Part shown: positions 1-9,379 of the stretch, one piece after another
Position numbering within the stretch: the first letter of the stretch is position 1
How the letters are laid out: every line of letters starts with the position of its first letter
Source of the DNA: Candidatus Heimdallarchaeota archaeon
GTDB lineage: Archaea; Asgardarchaeota; Heimdallarchaeia; Heimdallarchaeales; Heimdallarchaeaceae
DNA length: 36,733 nucleotides
Direction: 5' to 3'
Assembly: GCA_019057375.1 (NCBI GenBank)
Contig: DXJF01000099.1
Coordinates: 1 to 36,733 of the forward strand
Made by a program: the position numbers and the translations under genes
Notes under the pieces: generated by a model
What the model saw: only the letters and a program-made list of their open reading frames with translations
The model's database searches: none
What the model was told of the DNA's origin: nothing

Positions 1-1
1 A

Positions 2-1135
2 GCAGAAGATTTCTCCAAAGTTACTTCTAACAAACACATTCTTTACTACTTCTCAATGCAATTCTTATTCGGTGAACTCGATTTATCATTTAAGAAATAT
101 AAACAAACAACAAGTTTTGATTATCAAGATATTTTCATTTCTATGGCAAATATCTATGCATCAATGCCTTTCTTCACAAACTTCAATCCTTTATTCTCAA
201 TGATAGCAGGAGGTTTAATTGAATGGATAGATCAAGGATTAAGCTTCCAAGCAATGCGTGGAAATTCTCAAATGGATCCATACAACATTATACCAAATTC
301 TCTTTCTTTTCTACTAGCAATTATAAGCTCTAAAGTGAAAAAGCTCAAGGATAAGAAATATCTTCTTGCCAAAGCTTTAGAGAAGATGTTAACACCAGAA
401 ATTCTTAAAGAAGGATTATCTTGGGTTAAACAATCTCAATTGTTAATGCAAGGGGGAAATCCAACTCAAGACCCTCCTGAAGTCACAGATAAAGATGTTG
501 AAGAAAAACAAAAAGCAATTGAGGCAAAACTAAAAGCTTACATTAAAGAATTAAAGGTTGCTCCAGTAAAGAAGAAAGAATACAATCTTGTAATTGAAGA
601 ACTTGGAATCGTTGATGTGAATTTTGAAGAAATGAAAGGAGCTAGAGACAAATACCTAAAAATTGATGTTAAACACAAGAAACTTCTCAGTGATTTTCAA
701 AAAGATTTTCTACTATCTGTTCAACTGTTTGAAAAGGATCCAGAAATACTGAATTCTCTAGCTAGATTGTTTGATTTCATAAATAAGTACATTATACTTG
801 GTAATAGTTCTGCGTTGTTTGGGTTTTCCTTACTACTCTGGATGACATCAATCAGCAAAGCTGGTTCTCTCAAATGGTTAAATCTTACTGAACCTATAAC
901 AATGAATCCACAAGAAGAATGTGATAATTTAGTTAAAATCTGTGTGAGATACAACACAGTCTTGACAGGTTTCAATGTAAAGGGCTATCCATTAATAGAA
1001 ACAACAGCTCCAACTTTAATTGCACAAACTAGTCAGAATTTGAGTGAGTTACTAATTGCTAAAGATATTTCCGAAGAGAAAAAATATCCTCTTTACAAAT
1101 CGATTCTTAAGAATATGAAGCTAGTGTTTAACTAG
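2..1135 (+). CDS. Hypothetical protein, probably 5'-truncated by the window edge; predicted mostly helical
   Basis: ORF track 56..1135. The frame is open from position 2 (AEDFSKVTSNKHILYYFS-M), so the true start is likely upstream. No family motif recognised. Confidence 0.7.
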   Translation, partial: AEDFSKVTSNKHILYYFSMQFLFGELDLSFKKYKQTTSFDYQDIFISMANIYASMPFFTNFNPLFSMIAGGLIEWIDQGLSFQAMRGNSQMDPYNIIPNSLSFLLAIISSKVKKLKDKKYLLAKALEKMLTPEILKEGLSWVKQSQLLMQGGNPTQDPPEVTDKDVEEKQKAIEAKLKAYIKELKVAPVKKKEYNLVIEELGIVDVNFEEMKGARDKYLKIDVKHKKLLSDFQKDFLLSVQLFEKDPEILNSLARLFDFINKYIILGNSSALFGFSLLLWMTSISKAGSLKWLNLTEPITMNPQEECDNLVKICVRYNTVLTGFNVKGYPLIETTAPTLIAQTSQNLSELLIAKDISEEKKYPLYKSILKNMKLVFN

Positions 1136-1208
1136 CTTCTTTCTTATTATTCTTTTAATTTCCGTACAAATAAAAGGTTTATTAACCAGATTCAGTTTCT
1201 TCGTCTCA

Positions 1209-2255
1209 ATGCCAATTCACTATCTAGGAGAACTTTCCATAAGAGTAGGAATAATCTATGCTGGTATAGCTGGAGGTTTTTTTCTCCAAAGGTTATCAAA
1301 AGCCGAGAAAATAGGCAAATGGCTTCTTTTTGTAGGTATTAACATTCTTTCTCCAGTTCTTCTAATTACAGTTTTTCTAGATATGGATACAGGTTCTTTA
1401 ACTAGTCTTAACTGGTGGTTTATAGCTCTTGTTACAACTCTTGGTATGGCTTTTTCAATGATTATAGATTGGTTGATGATAAGAAGAAAAGATCTTTCGA
1501 ATCAAACAAAAGGTGCAGAAATTAATACAACAGGTTTCATGAATGCACTTTTCTTTCCATTCCCAATAATCATAGGCATCTTATCAGGAGATATGAAAGC
1601 AGAGGGCTTACTAGCTGCTTCCATATATCTAATTGTACAAACTTTCTATCGTAATACCTTAGGTGTTTATTTGGGCCTACATTATGGCTCTACAGAAGAA
1701 AAATCTGTCTGGAGGATTGTCAAAGGATTGCTTCTATTTCCACCAACTATCGGAATGGTCATCGGGTTAATTCTCCGATTCTCAATAGGTCAAATAACAC
1801 TTGGGCATCATCTTGTAGATTTCATACATTACAGCATCTCAACTCCTAATCTGATAAGTAAAGTCTCAGCAGGACAAGTTTCCATAGGTGACCATATAGC
1901 TGTAACGGTTTTTCAGGATGTGACAATGGTGATAATGTTAGCTCTAGTAGGTTTGAGCTTTAAATTGCCAAAGAAAAATGAATGGAAAGAGGTTGCTCTC
2001 TTTAGAAATAGTTTTGCTCGTTTTGGTGGAGGATTACTAGTCGTTTTGATAATTTTCTTCTTACCTGTTCCCCTAGGAATGAAAATCGCTATGGTTATTC
2101 AAAGTATGGCCCCTCCAGCAGTTGCAAATACTGCTTATTCAAAGTACTTCAAACTTGATGAAGTTTTAACAAGTCGATCAATAGCTTTGCTAACCCTTAT
2201 AGCATTGGTATTTTTACCTGGCGAAATAGCTTTACTCGTTTGGTGGATGGCTTAA
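1209..2255 (+). CDS. AEC (auxin efflux carrier / malate permease-like) family transporter
   Basis: 348 aa with about 10 hydrophobic segments; N-x-x-F-F-x-F-P motif (NALFFPFP) and C-terminal-half MAPPAVAN motif typical of AEC permeases. Confidence 0.75.
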   Translation: MPIHYLGELSIRVGIIYAGIAGGFFLQRLSKAEKIGKWLLFVGINILSPVLLITVFLDMDTGSLTSLNWWFIALVTTLGMAFSMIIDWLMIRRKDLSNQTKGAEINTTGFMNALFFPFPIIIGILSGDMKAEGLLAASIYLIVQTFYRNTLGVYLGLHYGSTEEKSVWRIVKGLLLFPPTIGMVIGLILRFSIGQITLGHHLVDFIHYSISTPNLISKVSAGQVSIGDHIAVTVFQDVTMVIMLALVGLSFKLPKKNEWKEVALFRNSFARFGGGLLVVLIIFFLPVPLGMKIAMVIQSMAPPAVANTAYSKYFKLDEVLTSRSIALLTLIALVFLPGEIALLVWWMA

Positions 2256-2274
2256 AATATGGTCATTCAAAACA

Positions 2275-2296
2275 TTTTATAAGCACATTAGTGCTT
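2275..2296 (+). promoter_or_regulatory. TATA-like box followed by a 6-bp inverted repeat upstream of the OFOR operon
   Basis: TTTTATAA at 2275-2282 overlapping AAGCAC-atta-GTGCTT (2281-2296), about 50 nt before the ATG at 2332. Confidence 0.45.
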
Positions 2297-2331
2297 GAAC
2301 TGATAGCGTCTAAACTCATGAGGAATCATTA

Positions 2332-4080
2332 ATGAAAAAGGATGTTATAATTCGGTTTGTTGGTAGTGCTGGAGATGGTCTAGTATCAATAGGGATACTT
2401 TTCAGTAAGATTCTCAAGAAGCACAATTTCAATATTCTAGGTTTTAGAAGTTATCAATCCGTAATCAGAGGTGGATACAATACATATCAAATCAGAGTTT
2501 GCAATAACAAAGTTCTCTCTGTAGGAGAAGAAGCTGATATAATCTTTCTACTTAACAAAAATGTAGCTGAGCTTCACAAACCAACTGAAGGGTCTAAAGC
2601 TATGGTAATCTATGATAATGATTCTTTCGATTTAGAGGATCTGGATTATCCTGAAGATATTAAGAAACTCCCGATTCCTTTAGCTAGTATAACTAAGGAA
2701 ATATCAAAGCTAAGAATTTTGAAAAACATTGTAGGATTTGGAGCAATTAGTCAAATTTTGGGTTTAGATGAAACTTTGATTAAAGAAGTAATTTTTGAGC
2801 AGTTTGGTTCAAAGGGAGAGGAAGTAATTTTCACAAATAATGAAGCCTTAGAAAAAGGAATCAAATATGCAGAGGAACACAACTGGCCAGAGCTTTGGGA
2901 AAAGCACAAATATGAAAAAGCCCAACAAATGCTTATTTCCGGAAATGAAGCTCTTGCTTTGGGAATGCTTTCTGCGGGTTTAAAATTTTACTCTGGATAC
3001 CCAATGACACCAGCAACATCAATTGTACATTATCTTACTAAGCATCTCCCAAAACTTGGTATAATTGTTAAACAAACAGAAGATGAGATTGCAGCTATTG
3101 GTATGGCTGTTGGAGCTTCATATTGTGGTGCAAGAGCTGCAACTGGAACTTCAGGTGGTGGTTTCAGTCTTATGACAGAAATAATAGGTATGGCTGGTAT
3201 TGAAGAGATTCCTTTAGTAGTTATTAGTTCTCAAAGAGCTGGGCCTTCCACAGGAATGGCTACAAAAACTGAACAAGCTGATCTGTTTCAAGCCTATGGT
3301 GCTAGTCAAGGTGAATTTCCTAAAGTTATCATTGCTCCATATGATGTTGAAGATGCTTTCAATGTAGGGATTGAAGCATTAGAAATAGCTGAGAAATACC
3401 AAGTTGTAGTTATTGTATTAATGGATTTATACTTATCTGAATCAAATTCAACTGTTAGAAAACTTGATTTGCGAAGAAAAAATAAAAGATTCGAAATTCT
3501 AGATAATCCTCCTGAAGATTTTAGAAGATATCAGTTTTCAGAAAATGGCATATCACCTAGAACTATTCCTGGAACAAAAAATGGTATGTTTTTCACGGGT
3601 TCAAGTGAAAGAAATGAAGCAGGAACGTCGCTTGCTTCCACATTAGCTGGATTACCTGATACTCTGCCAATAAGGGTTAAAATGGTCGAGAAGAGAATGA
3701 AAAAACTAGATACTTTAGTTAAAGAGCTAGAAAACCCCCAGTTGGAAGGAACCGAAAATGCTGAGATTACAATTGTTTCTTGGGGGTCAACAATTAATAT
3801 AGTTCGAGAAGCAGTTTTACATCTCAAAGAAGAAGGAATTACCGCAAATCATCTCCATTTAAAATATCTTAATCCATTTCATGAAGAAGTTGTAACAAAG
3901 ATTCTTCAAAAAGCAAAAACAACCTTATGTGTTGAACAGAACTATACAGGACAGCTGAGAGACTATATTAGAATGAAAACAGGAGTAAATATAGAGCATA
4001 AGCTGCTCCGGTGGGATGGCGAACCAATCGTAACGTCACAAATAGTTGCGAAAGTCAAAGAGGTGGTTAAGAATGAATAA
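2332..4080 (+). CDS. korA: 2-oxoacid:ferredoxin oxidoreductase alpha subunit (gamma-alpha fusion, KorA/PorA type)
   Basis: N-terminal G-S-A-G-D-G gamma domain, SGNEALALG, YPMTP, EDEIAA, ATGTSGGGFSLM, QRAGPSTG motifs. Substrate specificity cannot be determined. Confidence 0.92.
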   Translation: MKKDVIIRFVGSAGDGLVSIGILFSKILKKHNFNILGFRSYQSVIRGGYNTYQIRVCNNKVLSVGEEADIIFLLNKNVAELHKPTEGSKAMVIYDNDSFDLEDLDYPEDIKKLPIPLASITKEISKLRILKNIVGFGAISQILGLDETLIKEVIFEQFGSKGEEVIFTNNEALEKGIKYAEEHNWPELWEKHKYEKAQQMLISGNEALALGMLSAGLKFYSGYPMTPATSIVHYLTKHLPKLGIIVKQTEDEIAAIGMAVGASYCGARAATGTSGGGFSLMTEIIGMAGIEEIPLVVISSQRAGPSTGMATKTEQADLFQAYGASQGEFPKVIIAPYDVEDAFNVGIEALEIAEKYQVVVIVLMDLYLSESNSTVRKLDLRRKNKRFEILDNPPEDFRRYQFSENGISPRTIPGTKNGMFFTGSSERNEAGTSLASTLAGLPDTLPIRVKMVEKRMKKLDTLVKELENPQLEGTENAEITIVSWGSTINIVREAVLHLKEEGITANHLHLKYLNPFHEEVVTKILQKAKTTLCVEQNYTGQLRDYIRMKTGVNIEHKLLRWDGEPIVTSQIVAKVKEVVKNE

Positions 4081-4963
4081 AGAATTCAATTTAACGATTA
4101 AAGATTATGAGAGTGGATTTTTCCCAACGTGGTGCCCCGGTTGTGGAAATTTCTCCCAATGGAGAGCAATAAGACAAGCATTAGTTGAGCTTGAAATTCC
4201 CAAAGAGGAAGTAGTACTTGTAAGTGGAATTGGTTGTTCTTCTCACATGCCCAATTTCTTGGATGTGTATGGTCTCCAAACAGTACATGGAAGAGGGATC
4301 CCAGTAGCGACTGGGATTCGTCTGGCTAATCCTGAATTAACCGTTTTAGTTTATGCTGGAGACGGCGATATTTATGGAATAGGCGGGAATCATTTTCTTC
4401 ACAGTTGTCGCCGTAACGTCGATATTATTACTATTGTTTCAAACAACTTTGTTTATGGTTTAACTACTGGACAGGCTAGTGCTACAACGCCTGTAGGCAC
4501 GTTTACTAGAACAACTCCTCGAGGGTCTATTGAAAATCCCCTTAATCCTTCAACTATAGCTATTTCAGCTGGAGCTACTTTCGTAGCTAGAGCTTTTTCT
4601 GGTGATTTGAAACATTTAGCTTATGTTCTCAAAGAAGCTATTGATCACAGAGGTTTTGCCTATGTGGATGTTTTTAGTCCTTGCATAACTTTTAATAAAA
4701 ATCAAACTTTCGATTATTTTCGTGAAAGAGTTTACAAATTAGAAGAAACAGAGCATGATAAAGAAGATTATTTTTCAGCTTTAGATCTATCTAATCAGAG
4801 ATTTGTTAAAGATAAGTTGCCCATAGGGATATTCTACCAGATAGAACATAAAACCACATATGAAGAAAGAGATTTCTCATTGAATCAAGGGATTATTCCA
4901 GCTCATGCTCCTCTGGATTTGACTGAAGAGCAAATTGAAACAATAACAGCGGAATTCTACTAA
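4073..4963 (+). CDS. korB: 2-oxoacid:ferredoxin oxidoreductase beta subunit (TPP-binding)
   Basis: WCPGCG, SGIGCSS, HGRG, GDGD...N TPP motif, YGLTTGQAS, SPCITFN. ATG at 4073 overlaps the alpha stop and follows GAGGTGGT (SD-like). Confidence 0.93.
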   Translation: MNKEFNLTIKDYESGFFPTWCPGCGNFSQWRAIRQALVELEIPKEEVVLVSGIGCSSHMPNFLDVYGLQTVHGRGIPVATGIRLANPELTVLVYAGDGDIYGIGGNHFLHSCRRNVDIITIVSNNFVYGLTTGQASATTPVGTFTRTTPRGSIENPLNPSTIAISAGATFVARAFSGDLKHLAYVLKEAIDHRGFAYVDVFSPCITFNKNQTFDYFRERVYKLEETEHDKEDYFSALDLSNQRFVKDKLPIGIFYQIEHKTTYEERDFSLNQGIIPAHAPLDLTEEQIETITAEFY

Positions 4964-4978
4964 AATTGAGGTAATATA

Positions 4979-6829
4979 ATGCAAATAAGTAAACAAGAAA
5001 AGATTAAAATTGGTGTTACTGTTGCATTACTAGTTACTGCGATAGCAATAACTATGAGTTCTGTTCGTGGGACAGTTGCAGGAGGAGATGAAGAAGCACT
5101 ACATAATGCGACACTACACTGTTTCTATGATAATGGTACAAACCAGTACAGTATGAATGTGAATTTTACCTTTTATCTACATAATAGTACTACTTTTCCA
5201 GAAATAACTGAATCATATGATTTAGGTGATAATCTTACTCTGTGGGTAACTTATTCGCCGAAAATTCAAATTGGTTATAACAAGCAACTAATAATTAGAG
5301 CAACGGTAGCAGACTCTCTCAATAATACTGTAACTCCTTTACCTACAATTGGAAATTTCAGTGTTGATATCTCAAGTACTGTAGAAGATGGTCTTTCTCT
5401 AACTTTGCCTGCTTCTTCACTAGAAGAAGATTATAGAGATCAAAATTGGATAATCTTCAAATTAAGATTACCTTATAGATCTAATGTTGTTTTAACATTA
5501 CTTTTCATGGTAGGTATTCTTTGGGTTATGGAAACAATTCCTCTTGTAGCTACAAGTTTAATGATACCAATATTTGGTGTTTTGGCTTTGGATTTAGGCG
5601 CAAAAGGATTACTAGCTCCCTTTTCAGAACCTGTCATTTTTCTATTTCTAGGTGGTTTTATCATTTCAAAAGCGATGAACAAAACTGGCTTGGATAAATG
5701 GATATCGCTTAATATAGTTAGAATAAGCCCTAATAATCCTAAGATTTTAATGCTACTAATGATGAGTGTTACGGCTTTCTTATCAATGTTTATGAGCAAT
5801 ACAGCAACTGCAGCAACAATGATACCCATAGCAGTAGCTGTTACTGATAAGCTAAAAGTCAACAAAGAAGTAGATGAGGAATGTATAGATAGATACGGTA
5901 AAGCACTAATTTTAGGTATAGCTTATAGTGCCTCAATTGGAGGGATAGGATCAGCAATTGGTACACCTGCAAACCCTATAGCAATTGCACTGTTAAGTGA
6001 ATATGCCGGTGTTCATATTACTTTCACTAAATGGTTTGCTTTTGGATTACCTATTGTCTTACTCATGCTACCTTTAGTTTGGCTTTACCTTTGGATGGTT
6101 TACAAGCCTAAAGTTCCAAAAAATAGTATTGCTAATGCGAAAACAGCTGTTAAGAAAGAGTTGGATAATCTTGGTCATCTTAATAAGAAACAGATATATG
6201 TGCTCTCAGTTTTTCTACTTGCTTTAGTACTCTGGTTCTTGGAAGGTACAATTAAGAAATTCCTCTTTCCTCAATTTTCATCTTCAATTGTTGCAGTTAT
6301 CGCTGCATTTATGTTATTTTTACCTTCTATATTCGAGAAGAGTAAGGTTCTCATAGGTAGAGATGTTAATGACTTAAACTGGAATGCAATATTAGTCTTT
6401 GGCGGTGGTTTAGTTTTAGGAGTCATCTTAACTGAATCAGGAGCTGGGGATCTGATTGCATATTCGTTAGAAAATCTAAATATTTCAAGCAATATTCTCT
6501 TTATAGCACTCATTGCGTTAGTTGGCATCATATTAACCTTTATTGCATCTAATACGGGATCAGCAGCAATACTTATACCTCTCGTTATTCCTCTCGGGTT
6601 ACTATTTCATATTGATCCAGTCTTACTAGCAGTTGTTGCTGCAATAGGTTCAAGTATAGATTTCATGCTTCCACAAGGCACTCCTCCCTCAATGATTGCA
6701 TATAGTACGGGTAAATATCAAATAAGAGAAATGGTAAAAGTAGGCTCATTAGTTGATTTATTTGGTCTGTTGCTTATAGCCTTCGTTCTACCCTTTTTCT
6801 GGAAATTAATAGGATTAGTATATTTCTAA
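4979..6829 (+). CDS. SLC13/DASS family di-/tricarboxylate or anion:Na+ symporter with an extra N-terminal ectodomain
   Basis: ETIPLVATSL, FLFLGGF, SNTAT, IGTPAN, second-repeat SNT and GTPP motifs. About 150 extra N-terminal residues precede the transporter core. Confidence 0.85.
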   Translation: MQISKQEKIKIGVTVALLVTAIAITMSSVRGTVAGGDEEALHNATLHCFYDNGTNQYSMNVNFTFYLHNSTTFPEITESYDLGDNLTLWVTYSPKIQIGYNKQLIIRATVADSLNNTVTPLPTIGNFSVDISSTVEDGLSLTLPASSLEEDYRDQNWIIFKLRLPYRSNVVLTLLFMVGILWVMETIPLVATSLMIPIFGVLALDLGAKGLLAPFSEPVIFLFLGGFIISKAMNKTGLDKWISLNIVRISPNNPKILMLLMMSVTAFLSMFMSNTATAATMIPIAVAVTDKLKVNKEVDEECIDRYGKALILGIAYSASIGGIGSAIGTPANPIAIALLSEYAGVHITFTKWFAFGLPIVLLMLPLVWLYLWMVYKPKVPKNSIANAKTAVKKELDNLGHLNKKQIYVLSVFLLALVLWFLEGTIKKFLFPQFSSSIVAVIAAFMLFLPSIFEKSKVLIGRDVNDLNWNAILVFGGGLVLGVILTESGAGDLIAYSLENLNISSNILFIALIALVGIILTFIASNTGSAAILIPLVIPLGLLFHIDPVLLAVVAAIGSSIDFMLPQGTPPSMIAYSTGKYQIREMVKVGSLVDLFGLLLIAFVLPFFWKLIGLVYF

Positions 6830-6854
6830 TCCTTCAATATTTTCATTCCTAGTT

Positions 6855-9230
6855 TTATTCTATATCCAAATCCGTTTTAGTTGGTTCAGGAACTTTCTTT
6901 GGCCACCAATTCCATTTAGAAGCTAAACTCATAATTGCTGGAACAAGTATAGTTCTTATAATGAAAGTGTCTATCAAAACAGCTATGCACAACATGAAAC
7001 CAAATTGATTTAGTACCATTTCTCTCGAAAATAGTAATCCACTAAAAGCAATAGCCATGATAATTCCAGCAAATGATATTATATTACCAGTTTTGAATAA
7101 ACCTTTGTGTATTGATGCTTTTTCAGTAAAACCCATATCCCGAAATTCAGAAATTCTAGAGAGTAGGAATATATCATAATCTAGACCAATTCCTATTAGA
7201 ATTGAAAAAGCCATGATGGGAACTAACCAATAGAAGGAATTTACTCCTTGTAAAGCTGGAATAACCGTCTTGAATACTTGCGTCTTAAAAACAAAAATCC
7301 CTAAACCATATATCCACGATAAGGTTAATCCAATCGTAATTATAAGCCTTAATGGTATAAAGATAGATTTGAACATTATTGCTATTAGGATATAAACTAC
7401 TAATATTGTAACTATTATCATTATCGGGAAAAGTTTGTAGACTTGATCTATTGCATCCACCATTACTGTTGATCCTTCTGCTAGATGCATTTCGTATCCA
7501 TATTCTGCTTGTGAATCTTCGAGAATGACTCTTGTCTCTTTGATCCATACCTCTGCTTCATCAGCCCAAGGATCAAATGGGGTTTGTATTTCTATAAGTA
7601 TTGTAGAATTTTCCTGATTTGTATATCTATTGAAAATTGTTCTATATACCATCCCATCTGAACTGTTGTACTCAAGTGTTGCTGGAGTGAGAAATGCCAT
7701 TGCTACTAAAAATGGAATATAATTACCTCCTGCACTCACAATAGACGTGAAACTATCATTATTTACCATTGTTTCAGTTGCTAGTCTAATCGCAATATCC
7801 TTTGCATCTTGGAAAAATGTTGGAACCATTATTCCGTTTGTTTGATTGGTTTTAATAATTACATAAAATGGAAGAATTTGTCCAGGGGAAAAATCTTCAC
7901 TTAATGCTTGGTACGCTAGATCTGAATCCGAACCTCTCGGTAATATTTGTAGAAAATCCATTGATCTATCAAATTTGAAAACTTGAATTGAAACTGGAAT
8001 TGCAACTATTATAATGATTATGATTACAAATGGTGCATATTTAGTGGACAATTTTCCTATTTTATACCATATACTTTTCATTTGAGCTGCTATTTCTTTC
8101 TTTTTTAACTGGTCTTCAGTTTCAGGTTGTTTCTTTGTTAACTTTTTGTATAAAGTAAATTTCTTGAAGAACTCCTCAAAAGTAAGAAGGGCAGCTGGAG
8201 TAAACGAAAGATTAACTCCAAGTGTAATAACTATGGTTATAGCAGCTCCTAACCCTATTGTTGATAGTAACTGTAATGGAAAGAAAACTAACCCTAAGAA
8301 AGTAACAGTAAGTGTCAACCCTGAAACTGTAATAGTGTGTCCTGCATGTTTACTCATCTGAAGAACTGATTCTGAGACTGATTTATTTTTCATTATTTCT
8401 TCTCTATACCTTGATAATAGAAACAGCGAATAATCTATAGACAATGCTATTACCAAACTCATCATTATGCTAGGAACAAATGAGAATATATCCCAAATTA
8501 AAGCCACTGGATACATGATTAGAAAAGATGCAAAAATGCTGATTCCCATACTAACTATAGGTAAAATCATCAATTTCAAACTTCTAAGCACAAAAGCTAA
8601 AACTAATAGTGCTATTGGAATTACAATCAAGTCCATTCTAAGAAGATCTTCTTCTGTTGCTTCTTGCATATCAAGATACATAACTAGATAACCTGTAAGA
8701 TAGACATTGAAATCTTCAGATGTATTTATTTTTTGAACTTCTTCTCTTAAATATTCAACAAATGCACTTATTGAGCTGTTTTCTTCATTGTAGATTAAAT
8801 CAATAGTTAGAAGCATTGATCTTTCTTCAGAAGATATAAATTCATCAGCAACTTGACTAAATCCCGCATCCGATAGTACATAGTAACTTAAAACTGATAT
8901 AATAATGTGGTCAAAGGATGAGTTTAAGATACTATCTATAACTTGAGAACAAAATGATTCTGTTTCATTATTCACAACACTTTCAGAATCATTTACCATA
9001 CGAATTACCATGATCATACTTGTTTCATTTTCGTAACCTGGAAATTCTGCAGCGAGAACTTCCTCTGCTATTACACTTGGAGAGTTTGGGGGTGCTTCAA
9101 AATTTGAAGAGGTTTCGTTAAGAAACTTTGGTCCCAACCAGATTCCAAATGCAAAAATAATGACCCAGATAACAAGTACAGCAACTTTATATTTCTTAAG
9201 AAATTCGTGGTATTTATCGATAAAAGCCAT
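6855..9230 (-). CDS. MMPL/RND family membrane transporter
   Basis: 791 aa with two repeats of 1+5 TM helices; conserved SIDYSLFLLSRYREE and GLDYDIFLLSRISE motifs. Confidence 0.88.
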   Translation of the reverse strand: MAFIDKYHEFLKKYKVAVLVIWVIIFAFGIWLGPKFLNETSSNFEAPPNSPSVIAEEVLAAEFPGYENETSMIMVIRMVNDSESVVNNETESFCSQVIDSILNSSFDHIIISVLSYYVLSDAGFSQVADEFISSEERSMLLTIDLIYNEENSSISAFVEYLREEVQKINTSEDFNVYLTGYLVMYLDMQEATEEDLLRMDLIVIPIALLVLAFVLRSLKLMILPIVSMGISIFASFLIMYPVALIWDIFSFVPSIMMSLVIALSIDYSLFLLSRYREEIMKNKSVSESVLQMSKHAGHTITVSGLTLTVTFLGLVFFPLQLLSTIGLGAAITIVITLGVNLSFTPAALLTFEEFFKKFTLYKKLTKKQPETEDQLKKKEIAAQMKSIWYKIGKLSTKYAPFVIIIIIIVAIPVSIQVFKFDRSMDFLQILPRGSDSDLAYQALSEDFSPGQILPFYVIIKTNQTNGIMVPTFFQDAKDIAIRLATETMVNNDSFTSIVSAGGNYIPFLVAMAFLTPATLEYNSSDGMVYRTIFNRYTNQENSTILIEIQTPFDPWADEAEVWIKETRVILEDSQAEYGYEMHLAEGSTVMVDAIDQVYKLFPIMIIVTILVVYILIAIMFKSIFIPLRLIITIGLTLSWIYGLGIFVFKTQVFKTVIPALQGVNSFYWLVPIMAFSILIGIGLDYDIFLLSRISEFRDMGFTEKASIHKGLFKTGNIISFAGIIMAIAFSGLLFSREMVLNQFGFMLCIAVLIDTFIIRTILVPAIMSLASKWNWWPKKVPEPTKTDLDIE

Positions 9231-9379
9231 CAGTTCTTCAAGGCAAATTTAATCTTCTTTCTATATTTAAAGTTGGTGTCAAAATTTGTGCAAATACTCT
9301 TAATGGTATTTTTTAGTGAGGCAAAAGTTATTAAACAAATCTTCAACGTTCAGATATCAAGCTTAACGTGAAAACAACA

